In this document: positions 15,126 to 28,633 of the stretch, piece by piece | Numbering within the stretch: position 1 is the first letter of the stretch | Layout of the letters: the number at the start of each line of letters is the position of its first letter | Assembly: GCF_009914755.1 (NCBI RefSeq) | Contig: NC_060934.1 | Source of the DNA: the human T2T-CHM13v2.0 reference genome, Homo sapiens | Length of the DNA stretch: 64,000 bases | Strand: one strand, 5' to 3' | Notes under the pieces: generated by a model | Seen by the model: only the letters and a program-made list of their open reading frames with translations | Told to the model about the DNA's origin: nothing | Databases searched by the model: none | Made by a program: the position numbers and the translations under genes

Positions 15126-16621
15126 TCACGCTTTTAAGAAGAACTTTGTTAGTGTGTTACCAGGGTAGGAACAAAATCATTCACTGTATACATTTGCATA
15201 TTTTGGATTTTGAGCTGTGTGGACTGTGTTAGGTATTTAAATATAGAAGAGAAAAACAGATGAGAAAGATGAAATCAAATGAAAAAATAAAATTTTATCA
15301 TTCTATAAGAAGAAAAAAATCTCAAAGTCTTCATACTTGTTATCAAATAGTGTCCCACTGGGAACCTCAGTACAAATATCTACTCTACTGGAGAGGAATT
15401 TACATCTCAATATTATACTGAATTATTGCTGTCCATATTTATCGTTTTAATATTGACTTTATGTATAATCATATTTATTCTGACAATATTAATATCTTAA
15501 TTACGTGATCTGAATTTTGGACATGCACTGATTCTATTGGCTCAAAAATGCATTGCTTCTTTTTTTTCTGCAACAAGTGTTATAGTCCAAAAGACTTGCT
15601 TTTGTTGGCATAAATACAAAATATTTCTATTAACCATTAAAAATAAGATTTTGTTTCAGTATTCATGCTAGTTAAACCACATGGGATTAGTAAATACATT
15701 AATGGTACCAGGTAAGATATAGGCACAATAATTTATTAAAACTGTAAGAGAACCATACCTCCAGATTATCTTTCTACACAAACAAATTTTATAAATTTAT
15801 TGTGAGTAATTATGTAAAGTGGAGAGAATTTGTCAAGCGTGGCCTTCGATAAAATATGGTTTGATACAATAAAATGCCTTTAACTAATTTAGCTAAGTTA
15901 AAAAGCTTTATTATCCTTAATCTTTGGTTCCAGAAATGGAAAATGAAGCACGAATTTCAATTTGCATAAAAAGCTATAAGCGACTGTACATATGCTCATG
16001 GGGCTTTAATTTCATAAATTCTACACTCTCTGCCAAGACCAACGCTATCAATGAAAATTAATTTGCTATCAAAAGCTCTAATTGTATTGCAATTAAACCT
16101 CATCATTACGTCCTTTTTTTAGGAAGGGAAAGTGTCCAAGCCCTTCTTGTCAAGGTCTGAGTTCTACAAGACTTTGTATCAGACTATTACAGACACTTAA
16201 TAAATTTGGAGCTGCAGCCTGAAGCCACATAATATGTCTTCTTAGTTGTATTTTAATATCCTCTACTTGCAGCAGGACTATAAAACCACCAAACGTGACC
16301 CTAAACTTTTACAGTAAGAAAAATGAAAATGGCTTGAATGAAACCTTATCTTTCACATGTTATGTATATTGCTGTATGTTTAGTATACATTACTTCATTT
16401 AATGCTCAAAAAATTCATAAAATGAGGAAGTTGTTAGTCCCTTTTACAAATAAAGAAACTGTTAAAGAAGTCATATAGATTGAGCTAGGTTGGAAATCTA
16501 ACCCCATATCACCTATGACTGCATTTATTCTTTCCCAGTTCTGTATCACACAGTTTTTTTCTATGCCTCTGCTCTGTATGCCTCCTCCCCAAACTCAATC
16601 AGTGATTAGATGCAGTGAAAA

Positions 16622-17393
16622 TGCTATGGGAGGGGGGCAGGGAAGTGCTGGGTAGAGAAGGGCGGGGTCCCTGGCCAAGGCTCCACCCTCAGGCCTGTGC
16701 CCATGAACCTAAGTGAGAACGGGCACTCCGGTTTTCATCCCCAAATGTTGCATTTTCCAAGACCACTCTGGCTCACCATGCCCCCATCCTGTGCCCATGT
16801 AAACCCGAGAGACCCTAGCAGGAACACACACAAGCAGCCGGACGTCGAGAGGACCAGAGGAGCAGAAAATCACAGACACCAGCAGACACCTGCAGGCCAT
16901 TGGCAGCGGGAGGATGTGGAATTCTGTCGGGGGCAGTCAGAGGAGAGTCTGGCGGCTGGGCGGCCCAACTCCAGGGGAAGACCATCTTCCCATTCCATTC
17001 CCTTTCTGGCCTCCCCACCCATCTCACTGAGAGCTGCTTCCACCACTCAATAAAACCTTGCACCCATCCTCCAAGCCCACGTGTGATCCAATTTTTCTGG
17101 TACGCTAGGGCAAGAACCCTGGGATACAGAAAGCCCTCTGTCCTTGCGATAAAGCAGAGGGTCTAATTGAGCTGATTAACACAAGCCGCCTGCAGATAGC
17201 AAAGCTGAAAGAGCACACTGAAACACATGCCCACTGCGGCTTTGGGAGCTGTAAACACTCAATCCCAGACGCTGCCGTGGAGTCGGAGCCCAAAGACGCT
17301 CCCCACGACCTGCCCATCTGCATGCTACAAAGAAGTGAGCCACTCCCCTGTGGCACGCCCTGTGAGGGGGATAAGGGAACTCCTCCTGTTTCA
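16622..17393 (+). mobile_element. LTR1-family solo LTR (ERV1 class)
   Basis: TG...CA termini; 'gggcagggaagtgctgggtagagaagggcggggtccctgg'; AATAAA at 17049; end 'gggaactcctcctgtttca'. Confidence 0.85.
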
Positions 17394-17414
17394 AAGGTTT
17401 ATACTGTAGTCTAG

Positions 17415-17582
17415 AATAATGATTCTGAAGCTGTACTGTGCTTAGGAATTATCTCTCTAATTTGCTAAAATGAAGTTTCTGATTGAGTAGGGCTGACTTC
17501 AGATCTTCTGCATTTCTAGTCAAACTCTTAGGTAAATGCCCCGCATCTGCTCCAGGGACCATGCTTTTAGTACAAAGCACTA
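17415..17582. mobile_element. MER5-type hAT-Charlie element
   Basis: 'tttctgattgagtagg...ctgcatttcta...gggaccatgcttt'. Confidence 0.6.
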
Positions 17583-18662
17583 ATACCTCGTCTTCTCCCT
17601 GTGGAACATTCCAGCTCTAAGCAAAAGCCTTATGAAATGCCCATTGTACAAATTGCTTCTCAAATATTTTATACTGAAGCCTCGTCAGGTTGGCCAGTCT
17701 AAACTTATTTCCAACTTCACTAATTTCATAAGTGATGAAGAATACCATATCCAAATGTGTTTTTTCTTCTTTCATTACTTAAGTAATGCATATTTGTTTC
17801 TAACCCTCAGAAAATAACAGCAAACAAAATCGAACAATAAATGATAAAATATTTACCTAAAAACTACAACGGGGCTCAGGAAAACATTTTGATGTATCTC
17901 TTTCCAGAATTATCATGAACATACCCCTTAATCTCTTGTTGGAATTATTTCTGTGTTAATAAATATGCATCTACACCACCATAAAACAATCAGAGGAACT
18001 TGCCATTTACCATGTAAGCCTCTGTATGTTAATTTCTCTAGGCCTAGTTTTCTCACCTAAAAAATAATTTGAACCAAGTAGGCTGACAGGTCCCTTTCCA
18101 GACCACTAATGGAAATCTCCCTTCTTTACATCTTTATCTCAGTGCTTTGAATTGCTGCCCACCAAGCACTCCACCCTCAGTTCTCAAAAGCTTCCACAAG
18201 TAAAAGGTTAAGAAAATAGCAGGTATGCAATCTTTGCCCATCTCAAGGGATTTAGCCTTAAAGAACTATGTACACCACGGTAATCTGCATTTAAACCTTC
18301 CTAGCATGAACTAGTATGTAAGATTTTTCTGTCTCTTCTCACTGCTGCCTTAGCTGTTGAAGGTCAGCTATGTCTTCCACTAAAGAAAACTTGCTTAGAT
18401 TTACTTAGGTTTTGCAGAAGAAAATATAAAATGTAGAAAATAAAATGATGAGCCTTGAATTGTGCAAAAACATCATCTTTGAGTATGCATGTACTCTTTT
18501 TGATTTATTTAAGTGACATTTAGCACATAAATATAGAGTTTGCCATTTTATTTTCTACCAGAAGTTATTTTTATTAAGTGCTATGAAACTCCATTTAATG
18601 AAAAAGTGTCATGTTCTCATGTGCACTTTCAATGAGCTAATAAGATCAACACTAGAAAGAAA

Positions 18663-18712
18663 ATTAAATTAGGGATGGGTGGGTGGCAAACAATTTGCTG
18701 AGCAAATCTGTA
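18663..18712 (+). repeat. Copy A of a 50-bp dispersed direct repeat in unique DNA
   Basis: ATTAAATTAGGGATGGGTGGGTGGCAAACAATTTGCTGAGCAAATCTGTA; 49/50 identical to 25328-25377. Confidence 0.97.
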
Positions 18713-19479
18713 CTTCTCTGTGTGGATGTTCAGTGGCTTTCATGTTTAAGAGTGCACATTTAAGGGAATTTAGTTTGCTGGGGTCTCATTTGAGAAGATA
18801 GAAAATAAAAATCTCCCCCTTTGTTTCTCCTGTTTCCTCTTTCCCCTTCCTTTCTTTCATTTACAGTCTTTATGATGTGCATGACTGTTACTCAGGACTC
18901 TTCTCTGTAAATTGAATGCCAATTTTGAACTACCTCCTATTGGGGTAGCTTTGTTCTTCTTGTTAAACTTCCAGATTTGCACCTGCAAGTTCCTCTAAAG
19001 CTACTTCAATTGTTTTCTGAACTGTGGGAATTTGGAAGGAGAGAATTCCCTGTCCCCTTGTTCCCTCCCTCCTTTCAATAAACTTGCTAATTTTTGTATT
19101 GAAACTCCTAAAATTTCTGCCAAATCTTACAATTTCATAGAACTTCAAATCTCTTTATTTTCTATGTAATCACCACTAGTGGCAGAGTACACATTTCACA
19201 ACAGGGTCACTGCATTCTTTTTGCTGAAGTATTTTGTTTTCCCTTTCATACCATCATATGAGGAGCCATTTAGACCAACACAAGCCACCACCTCTGTCTT
19301 ATTGTGTTCCACACCCTCAGAAAATGTGGTCTTTACTTTCTGTGATCAGTGATCTCAATTACACATTTCTGAGTATGTCCACATGTTGCAGCAGAGTTTA
19401 TGAGACTTCAATAAAAATGTCACGCCTTTGTCTCTTTCATTCTCTCAAAACCACATTTTGCCCAGGAAGTGGGAGGTCC

Positions 19480-19600
19480 GACTCCAAACTCTGGAACCAG
19501 ACTGGAAGGGTTCATGTTCCACATCCACTATTTATTGTGTGACCATTGGCAAGTTACTTAACTTTCTGTGCTGGCAATTTCTTCATCTTTAAAATGGGAC
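19480..19600 (+). mobile_element. MIR 5' part
   Basis: 'ctctggaaccagactg...tgtgtgaccattggcaagttacttaac'. Confidence 0.8.
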
Positions 19601-19603
19601 TAT

Positions 19604-19705
19604 GACCAGGCACGGTGGCTCATGCTGTTAATCCCAGCACTTTGGGAAGCTGAGGCGGGAGGATCACTTGAGTCCAGCAGTTTGAGGATGCAGCGAGCTA
19701 TGATG
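19604..19705 (+). mobile_element. Truncated monomeric Alu (left-arm start joined to right-arm body)
   Basis: 'aatcccagcactttggga' followed directly by 'gaggatgcagcgagctatgat'. Confidence 0.85.
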
Positions 19706-20026
19706 AGTTTTCAGAAATTCATTCTCAGTGGTTGTCATTGTATGAGCCTCCAGAAGGCAACAGCCAACACCATTCCATCTCCCCAGGAAGCAATGAGCCA
19801 TCCTGGACTTGCTCTGTGTGGAGCCATCCTCTGCCCCTGGTGAGCTTTGCGTGCCACAGATACATCTCAGTGCGTGAGCTGCTTACTCAACAATGAATCT
19901 CCCCTCCAAGCATAAGGTGAAAAAGAAATAAAACAGGCAAAGAAAGAAAAAAATGCTCCTAAATGTATCTCAAATGATATTTTGCCTTTGATGATTAGAG
20001 ATATCTTCATTTATACGTTCATGGAC

Positions 20027-20130
20027 TCACTCATTCATTCATTTAATCAACATTTATCAAATATCTGTGATAAAGCAAGCACTGTGATTAATGCAGGATT
20101 ACAAAAAATAAGCTGATAATTTGTGACAAA
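20027..20130 (-). mobile_element. L2 3' end
   Basis: 'tcattcattcatttaatcaacatttat...caagcactgtg'. Confidence 0.65.
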
Positions 20131-20552
20131 GGAATGATGATGTACATGGAGCAAGGGTCAAATAAAACAAACTAAATAAAAGCAAGGAAACAAAGAAGCA
20201 AAAAGTCTACTTATGCTAAAGCCCCTCATGGAGATATTTCAATATACTCTTGAGACTTTCTGGAGTAGAAGTTTAATTCACTCTGTTGAAGCATTTCACA
20301 CAGAAGATAATGTTAGAGCTGAGACTTGAAGCAATCAGGCAACTTTTAAGTTTAAATTTATTTGAATATAAGAGAAAAGCCTCATATCACAGTAAGTGAG
20401 ACAGAAGTTTATTTCTCTCATATAAACTACAGACAACAGTGATAGAAAACACACCGTTTGGCTTATTACAAGACATATGCTGCTCCAGCACTAATAGATA
20501 TTAACTTAATTAACACTGAAGCCAACTCTGAGCTGGTGATATTTTTAGTCCT

Positions 20553-20894
<342 letters not shown>

Positions 20895-21479
20895 TTCACT
20901 TCACATATTTTTCTATTTTATCTCTAGGTTGCCATAACTAGCACTGTTGATAAATTTTAACCTCTGAATTATGGAGTTTTACTTACTAGTCTTCCTTAAT
21001 ACTAAAAAGTTGAGAGCAGAAAACTCACCAGTCTGTGAGTATTTGTATCTGAGCTGTGCTATTACCTGAAAGGCCTAGGTAAATGCTAAGATGGCAAAAT
21101 TGATGGTTTTCATTTTTGAAGAACAGCTGCCATAGAAAACCATGCCAATGGATTGCTTGAGTATGATCCAGGAAGCAAGAGGCTAAATGAATCTGATCTC
21201 ATACTCCCTTTGTAATGGGAAGACCTTGAGTAAAGGAATTTTGATTGCAGTTTCAGCCAGCTGTAGCTTTGTTTGTTTTTTATTTTGTTTTGTTTAGTTA
21301 GATTTCTTTTTACATCCTGAAGCCTGGGGAGCTGTGACAGGTGACTACAAAGGTTGACATCTCTATAGGAAGACACTGGTGATGTGGATGTGGAGGAACA
21401 GGAGGTGAATGGAAGTTTTTCAAAAGATTAAGATTTTGAGAGTATCAGGTGGGGAATAGAGGTGAGAGTGATTTTTAAT

Positions 21480-23230
21480 ATTTATATATTAGAAATGTGC
21501 CCTCTTAAGGTATTTGGTTTTGTTCTTAATTTTATGAGAAAGTATATCTAATGCTTACCACCATTTTTTTTTTTTGAGATGATACCTCTTTAGTCAATAT
21601 GGTCATTTGAAGTTCATTTTCCAGAAGATTCTTGAGGAAGGACTCATAGCAACAATGTTCTCAGAGTTTTTGCATAATGCTGCCAGTTTGTTCTCTTTGT
21701 AAATTAAAAGTCATATTTATAATTTTACATATCTTAAATAAGTCCCTTTATTTTCTTCTGGTATAAAATGTTGTTGAAAATTTTATTGTATATCTAATTT
21801 TACTTCATTTCTATTTCAGAAGCTTTGTTTCCTATATGTCCAAATGAAATTTTTTAAAAATCCAGTAATCTTATTAAAATATGCCTTGATATTGGGTATT
21901 TCTAGGTGGATATCCTCAGGTGTCTCAAGTATGTGCTAGTTTTTTAATGTGCGATTTCAGATGATTTTTTCTCTATTTCTTTCCTTTTTGTTTTTTAAAA
22001 ATTTAAGCCAAGGTTACTTTTCCCTTGCTTTGACTTTGTGTTCAGAGACTCATACCATTCCTATGGCAGCCTCTTTTGCTTACTGTCAATATCCGTCACT
22101 GTCTCAATTCCTTTTTATCTCTTCATATTTTTAATGCATTTTTTTTTTGCTTTTTCATCTTCCATTTCTTAAGACATAATCTTTTTTAAAAAAATTGTGT
22201 TTTATTCTTTCAGGTTTAGTCTTAATTTCTGATATTTATTTATTATACTTTCCAGCATTTGGTGATCTTATTTCTGAGTTTCATTCATTTTGATTCATAT
22301 TTTTATTTCATGTCTTATATCTTCTCAATGTCTTTTAGCTCATTTTGAAATAGTAGGTTACATTTTTGGTTTGTTTGGTGGGCTCATCTTGCACTCATCG
22401 TCTATAGGGCACTTCTCCAGCTCCTGGTTCTCACGTTTTTTTCTTGTAATAACTTTGATTCAGATTTAACCTTGACACTTCTTTGTTGCTCCAAATATAA
22501 GTGTGTTTTCTGTTGTTGTTATCTTTGTTCTTTTACAAGAGAGAGAAATAAACTTCTGTCTATAATGTGAGACTTTTGTGTTTTTCTGTGAAATTAACTT
22601 CTCTGATTTAACTTTTTAGAATGAGACAAGTTTCAGGAAAGCTTTTCTAACTTTGCGGAACTCCCTCTTCGGTGTCTTGAATTTTTGGAATTTCCTGGTT
22701 GTGTTTCCTTTGCCCACTTTTGTGTAGACCTCATGTTTTCCTTTCTCTTGTCCTCTCCTGCTCTCTTGATTCAGCTCCCAAAAGTCTCTGCTCAGTGAGG
22801 GAGCCGTCCTAAAAGGGAAGGCTGGAGAGTCTCTGTGGGGGGTTCTTGGGGCATGGCCTGCTCCAATTCTTTAGTTTTTCTTCCTTTGGGCCCCTCACAC
22901 TCACTGGTTCTATGGAGGGAAAACTTATTCCCAGTTTCAGATGCTGTTCTCCAGTTTGCCTTTAAGTTTCACAGAGAACATCTGTTGGTTCTTTGGAGTT
23001 TTTTTCTGTTCTCAGTTCCAATAGAGGCCACTCTCATTGCTTCCTTTGTCTTGCCACATAAAGAGTGGCTATAATGTCTATTTTGTGGCTATTGGTGTGC
23101 TTTGCAGGGCATGGGGATACCTTGGTATCTAGTTTTGTTTTAAATATTGTCTGTGTGTTTTTGGTTTCCTTAGAAGTTGCTGTCAAGTTTTATGTAGGAA
23201 TTCAAGGAGATGATTAAAAACTCTCTCAAG
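21480..23230 (-). mobile_element. HAL1 / ancient L1 ORF1 and 5' region
   Basis: T-rich antisense tract; 'aggaaggactcatagcaacaatgttctcagagtttttgcat' resembles HAL1. Confidence 0.55.
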
Positions 23231-25327
23231 GGCCTGGTGCCGTTAGAAGAAGATGTGTAAGGTCTTTTACAAAGCATTGAAACAAATGTTTAGCTTAGGT
23301 TTATAAAGTTGGCTTTAGGATCTGTAAAGGAGGCAAATGTGACCAAAATTACCTCGTTCCTTGATGTTCTTTTGCTGTCACTCAAATCAACAGCAAATAG
23401 CTGACTGTAATAGGAAAGAAATGTCACTAGCCCTTTATAGAAGTGATAGTCTGGAACTTCTGAATAGCATTCATTTTATTTGGAAAAAGAAAAAACGTTA
23501 AAGTATTTTGAAAGAGTTGAAGCTGTTTATACAAAATTATGATCAGTGTGGATGAGGGGTGGATTAGACACAAAACTGAGGTGGCAAAGTGTGAATTCTT
23601 CATTGAAAAATTGATATGAAAAAATATTTTATTTGTAACCTGCAATGAGCAGTTCATATTGAAGCATCTGACAGGGGTGGGGACACATCGACATACTTCA
23701 GCCTTGAGTGACTACTCCCCTTCTTACGTGTCAGCTGTTTGGCCCGGTTCTAGCTAGACTAATAAATGCTTTACATTTTATATAACTTTTGACTAATCAT
23801 ATGTCCCAATGGAAAACATATGCTAAAATTACAGAATCTTTACCTTGGTGGCATTTTCACCTAAATCCTCAACAGAACTAAGCCTAGAATTAAATTAAAT
23901 TCTAAAGAGGAACTTGCTAAATGCTTGTTGATGGATTGACTAAGTGATAACTTGCATAGTTCAGAACTTGATGGTTTGCAACCATTATCACCTATTATTC
24001 GGTACCTTTAACTCCTAGTCAAGACAACAGTGAGTTAGATATGTTACAGATAAGGAAATGGAGGTTCAGATTACATCTAGGACATAGTCAAGCTTCCTTG
24101 TTCCATGCGTTTTGCTGTATCTACTATCCCATAGTTTCTGAGCTGATGACTATTTTGTAGGAAGAACTGGAAATTTATCTCTGTTTACACTGGCTTCAGA
24201 AATATATATATAGGCATCATTTTCATAAATTCATATTTCTCTGCTTATGTTTCTCATATACTTATTTTATCCATTTTAATGACTCTCTCCCAAATAAGGA
24301 TGCCTTCTAAGAAATATATTCAAGGATTTTCTTCTTGCAATTAATGTCCTATGAAAAGCCCATGGTGATTGATCATCTGATATGTGCTAACTACTCGGCT
24401 AGATTTGTTCACAGAATTTTTTTTTTTTGGTAGCTGAATCAACTCTGTTACACACTTTTTGCAGACTTATCTTTCCTTCTTTTACAGGTCAAAGCAGTTA
24501 AATTATCTTCCCAAAGTCACATCATTAATTAGCTAGAGCTACAATTCAAAACCAGACCTAATTTCAAATTAATGTGGCTTTATATATATAAAACACTGAC
24601 TTTGCCCCTGTGTTGGGATGCAATGTATAAGATTTACCACATTCCATATGTGTCCAAGGTCTTCCTATCAGATTTTTTATTTTGTTTAGTTCTGTCTCTC
24701 TTATGACTTGTCCAGAAACATTTCTATTGAATAGATTTTTAAATATACCAACCTCTACACACTACTATAAAAGGTTTTGTCATCACGTAAGCTACATAGA
24801 ATGCTTATATACAGTAAGCAGTTAAATGTTTGGCTTTAAAATAGAAGCTTCTTCCTCTTGACAATGATTTAAAGCCCTTATTTCACAAGTGGTGCTCTTT
24901 AAGAATATAAGTGGTACATATTTATGTCCTAGCCAGTTCTGGAATGTAAGTGTGTGCTGTTCGGGAATAAGTGAACAAATTTTTCAGGGGGAATTTTATC
25001 GAACAACAGGTATGTCTGGGGTGGCACAGAGTGTGAATGTGTGACTGAGTTCATTGAATTCCAGAGGAGAGTCCCCCTGAATGTAATAAGTTAGAGAAAA
25101 ATGATTCATAAAGGGATTGGGGGAAAATCTGATCTGCAGCTCAGGGGGTGCAAAGGGACAATTTCATTAGCAAGTACGGTTTCTCAGTATATCCATTGGT
25201 TTCTCATGTGATATGGATAGAAAAACATGCTTCAACATTATGCACAACAAACACTGTGTAAAGAGCAAAAAAGTACCATATGCAGATGGCATTGTAAACA
25301 GAATATTTCAATCAAATGATGACAAAT

Positions 25328-25377
25328 ATTAAATTAGGAATGGGTGGGTGGCAAACAATTTGCTGAGCAAATCTGTA
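25328..25377 (+). repeat. Copy B of the 50-bp dispersed direct repeat
   Basis: ATTAAATTAGGAATGGGTGGGTGGCAAACAATTTGCTGAGCAAATCTGTA. Confidence 0.97.
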
Positions 25378-26619
25378 AGAATGGGTGTGTGTGTGAAAAC
25401 TTCTCATTTGAAGAAAAACTTGAGACATTACTTTCTTCCTTATTGTTCTCTAGGAAAAATGACTGGATAGACCCAGTGTGGTCAAGGATGGGCCAAGGGA
25501 ATTGAAACATGTATTGCCATATATTTAGAGAGGGTAAGTGCTCCCAGTACATATATTTCATTTGGGGAGATAGGACTATAGGGTAATTTAGGCTTTTTGT
25601 GCCATTTTATAATTATTCTTTATTTGAACAGCTTTAGTTTAAGAGTGTTTGAATTGATTTAATTTGATTAATTTACATTGACTTACAGCAGCTTAGGAAA
25701 AATTATAAATGAGTGAATTTTCAACTGTAGAATTTTAATTGAAATTCAGCCAAATCCAGGGCCATTAGAATCAAGGTAAGATTCAAGTAAAAGGAAAATA
25801 GATTGAAATCTCTGGTCCTTTAGGAAGAAATGATGTTTCAGTGGGCTGACTTCATCAACAGTAAGCTTTGGTAGGGACTTTAGGTAACTTTACAGAAAGA
25901 TTACTCAGCATTGAAGAGGCAGATGTGGGGATTAGAGCAGGGGCAAATTAAAATAGCATTAGACATTAGAGTTTGAAGTTTCTAGAAAGTAGCCTGGGTG
26001 ATCCTAGAACTTATGTAGATTTAGGAGGACTATCCAGCAGTAGCAGGTTGAGGAAGATACCAAACAGTCTTTATGAACCAAAGTTCTTAATATGGGACCA
26101 TTCATCGATTATTCATCCAGCACCAAAACAGAAATTCAAACACCCCATACATTCAAGGTGAAGTGACCTAGTGTACCGAAGGTATCAGAGCCCAGGTATT
26201 GAGGTTGGAGTGTGATGATATGATTCCAAGTAAGTGGGATTAGTAGGCAGCAAATTTGAAAGTTTCTCCATAGTAATGAGAGGCAGCAAAAATTTCTAGA
26301 TTACTTGGTTCCATATCCTGTCTAAGCTGAATGGAAATGGATAGTTATCCACCTAAATATTCTTCCTTATCCTACCTTCTGATTACTGATAATTCACCTT
26401 AGATAAAGCACAGAGCTTGAACCAGGAGCCAGAGAATTAGTGAAAAAAAAGAATGATTATAATGAGCTCTCTGAGAAATATAGATGAGCAAAAGCCCAGC
26501 AAACACAGCAGCTACTGGCAATTAGAATGGAGACCTGAAGATTATGCTGAAAAATATCAACATCACTAATGATGTGTTTGAGAGGAAGCCTGGGATCTTC
26601 CTGTCCTGCAGCATCCTAT

Positions 26620-26740
26620 AATCACTCTGTTCTTCAACAAATATTTAATAGAGCAAAATTTGGGGGCATAGTGCCAAATATTAGGGCACAATAATGACAT
26701 TAAAAAGATAATAATTACTCTCAAGGAGCCACATTCTACT
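26620..26740 (-). mobile_element. L2 3' end
   Basis: 'ttcaacaaatattta...ctctcaaggagccacattcta'. Confidence 0.6.
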
Positions 26741-27169
26741 AAAAAATACACATCAGTAGACCCAGAATCATATGTTGATTTAGTTTTGGAAAATTATATG
26801 ATTCAGTGAGAGCAAGCTGGAAGTAAACCTACTCCAGCCTCTGAGAGGAGCAGGGACAAAGGGAGAAAAGATCAAGAGACGTGAACTGGAAGTGAATAGA
26901 TGGCCACAGTAGAGAGAGGCCACAGCTGCTCTAGTAGTCTAGCACGAACCTTCAGCTATAGAGAATATAATGTAGTGTGAAGAAAGAAAGGGCCAGGAAA
27001 ATGGCATAACACCAAACTCACCTCTCTACCCTGAGTGATTTCTGGTGTGTGATATGCACATAATCTACTTGAGAGGACAGGAGAGGAAAAGCAACGGCAT
27101 GGAAGATCTTTTGCAAAAGCATGGGGTTGGAGGAAAAATTCTATGAAGAGATTGAAAATATAAGAAAAC

Positions 27170-27435
27170 GGCCTGGTACAGTGGCTCATGCCTGTATTCC
27201 TGGCACTTTGGGAGGCTGATGTAGGAGAATCTCTTGAGCCCAGGAGTTCGAGACCAGCCTGGGTAACACTGACAAACTTTGTCTCTACAAAAAATAAAAA
27301 AATTAGCCAGGTGTGGTGGCGTGCACCTATAGTCCCAGATACTTGGCAAAGCTTGAGCTTTGGAGGCAGAGGTTGTAGTGAGCTATGATTGTGCCACTGC
27401 ACTCCTGCCTGGGTGACAGAGCAAGACTCTTTCTC

Positions 27436-27467
<32 letters not shown>
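27170..27467 (+). mobile_element. AluJ
   Basis: Dimer with 'cttgagcccaggagttcgagaccagcctggg', 'gagctatgattgtgcc'; (CAAAA)n tail. Confidence 0.95.
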
Positions 27468-28633
27468 CCAAGAGAATGTATTTGTCACATAGTAGTTTAA
27501 AAGTGACAGGTGAAATTGTTGGGTGAGAAAAAGGAATTACAAAGTAAAGTGAGGCTGAGGTAACTGGAGAGAATATTTGAATCAATATACTTTTAACTAG
27601 GGCTGGTAAACAAGAATAATAAAGTTCTGAACAATTACAGCTTAGCTAATTTCAGATTTCCTAAGCCCATTAGCTCCCACTTACAAGCGGACTGTGAGGA
27701 CTTTCACCTGTCTGGAAGCATTCACCCATGGCCTGAATAGTACGTGCCTCTGAGGGAGTTTCATCCTGGTGCTAGGCCAGTCATGTTTCAAACCTTGGAA
27801 ACTGCTTGTAAGTTGTAAAAACTCCGTGTTTTTCATAAAGATTCTTCTGACACTTGACACTTGAACCCCTGATTAACTTATCTTTAAGTGCTAGTCTCTT
27901 TAGATAAAAATGAGGGCAATGTGTGAAGAAGAAAATTGCATGACAGAGTTAAAGATGATTCACACACATTTACTTTGAAAGAGGCTAATGGTACTAACCA
28001 GACGCTTTTCATTTCCTCCCCTATTATACTCTTGGGAGAATATTTCAAGCTTGATTTCCACATTGATTTTTTTTTGCTTTGTCTACATTTTTTTCACTTT
28101 TATTTCCAGAATATCAGATAGCATTTCTTGAGCATCTATTATATGACACACAAAGTGCCATGTAATAGATTGAATAGGTTTACTTACTGCAGAATTTCTC
28201 ACTGCCTTTAATATGACAAATAAAATGCACATCCAAGAGAGACCTATAGCTTGCACTTTTAATTGATTTTTTTAACCAGAGGGCACCTTTGTTTTGAATG
28301 TCTCTCAGGAATTCCTTCTATGGAATATACCTTCAAAAACACTGGGCCAGGTCAGGAGACCAAGCAAGCGTGTAGATAGCTGGATAGGTGGATTTGAGTC
28401 ACACAGCAAAAGGCTTTTGGGTAAAAGAATTTGGGCTCTGTTGACTAGACTGGCAAGGTGGAGAGACACAATAGATTTCTGTATTATTCGTTTTCTTTGA
28501 ATTAAACTGGTTTACTTCTGTTTAATCCTGAAGCATTCAACATAAAGAAAAGCACAGGAAATTATATACCAGATATGCTTATGTCCTCTTTTGAAATTAG
28601 TTTGGACCATGAGGACTATACATTCTCTTAACT

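Noticed and set aside
15660-15711. 52-nt candidate exon (ttgtttcag ... CAG|GTAAGA) with one open frame
   Set aside because: Short pyrimidine tract, an upstream competing AG and an unrecognised peptide; indistinguishable from background pseudo-exons.
16697-17409. Cluster of overlapping ORFs on both strands
   Set aside because: Consequence of high GC in the LTR1 element; no recognisable protein.
26956-27585. Longest ORF (209 aa, minus strand)
   Set aside because: Reads through an antisense AluJ ([17 protein letters not shown] is a standard Alu translation); no gene context.
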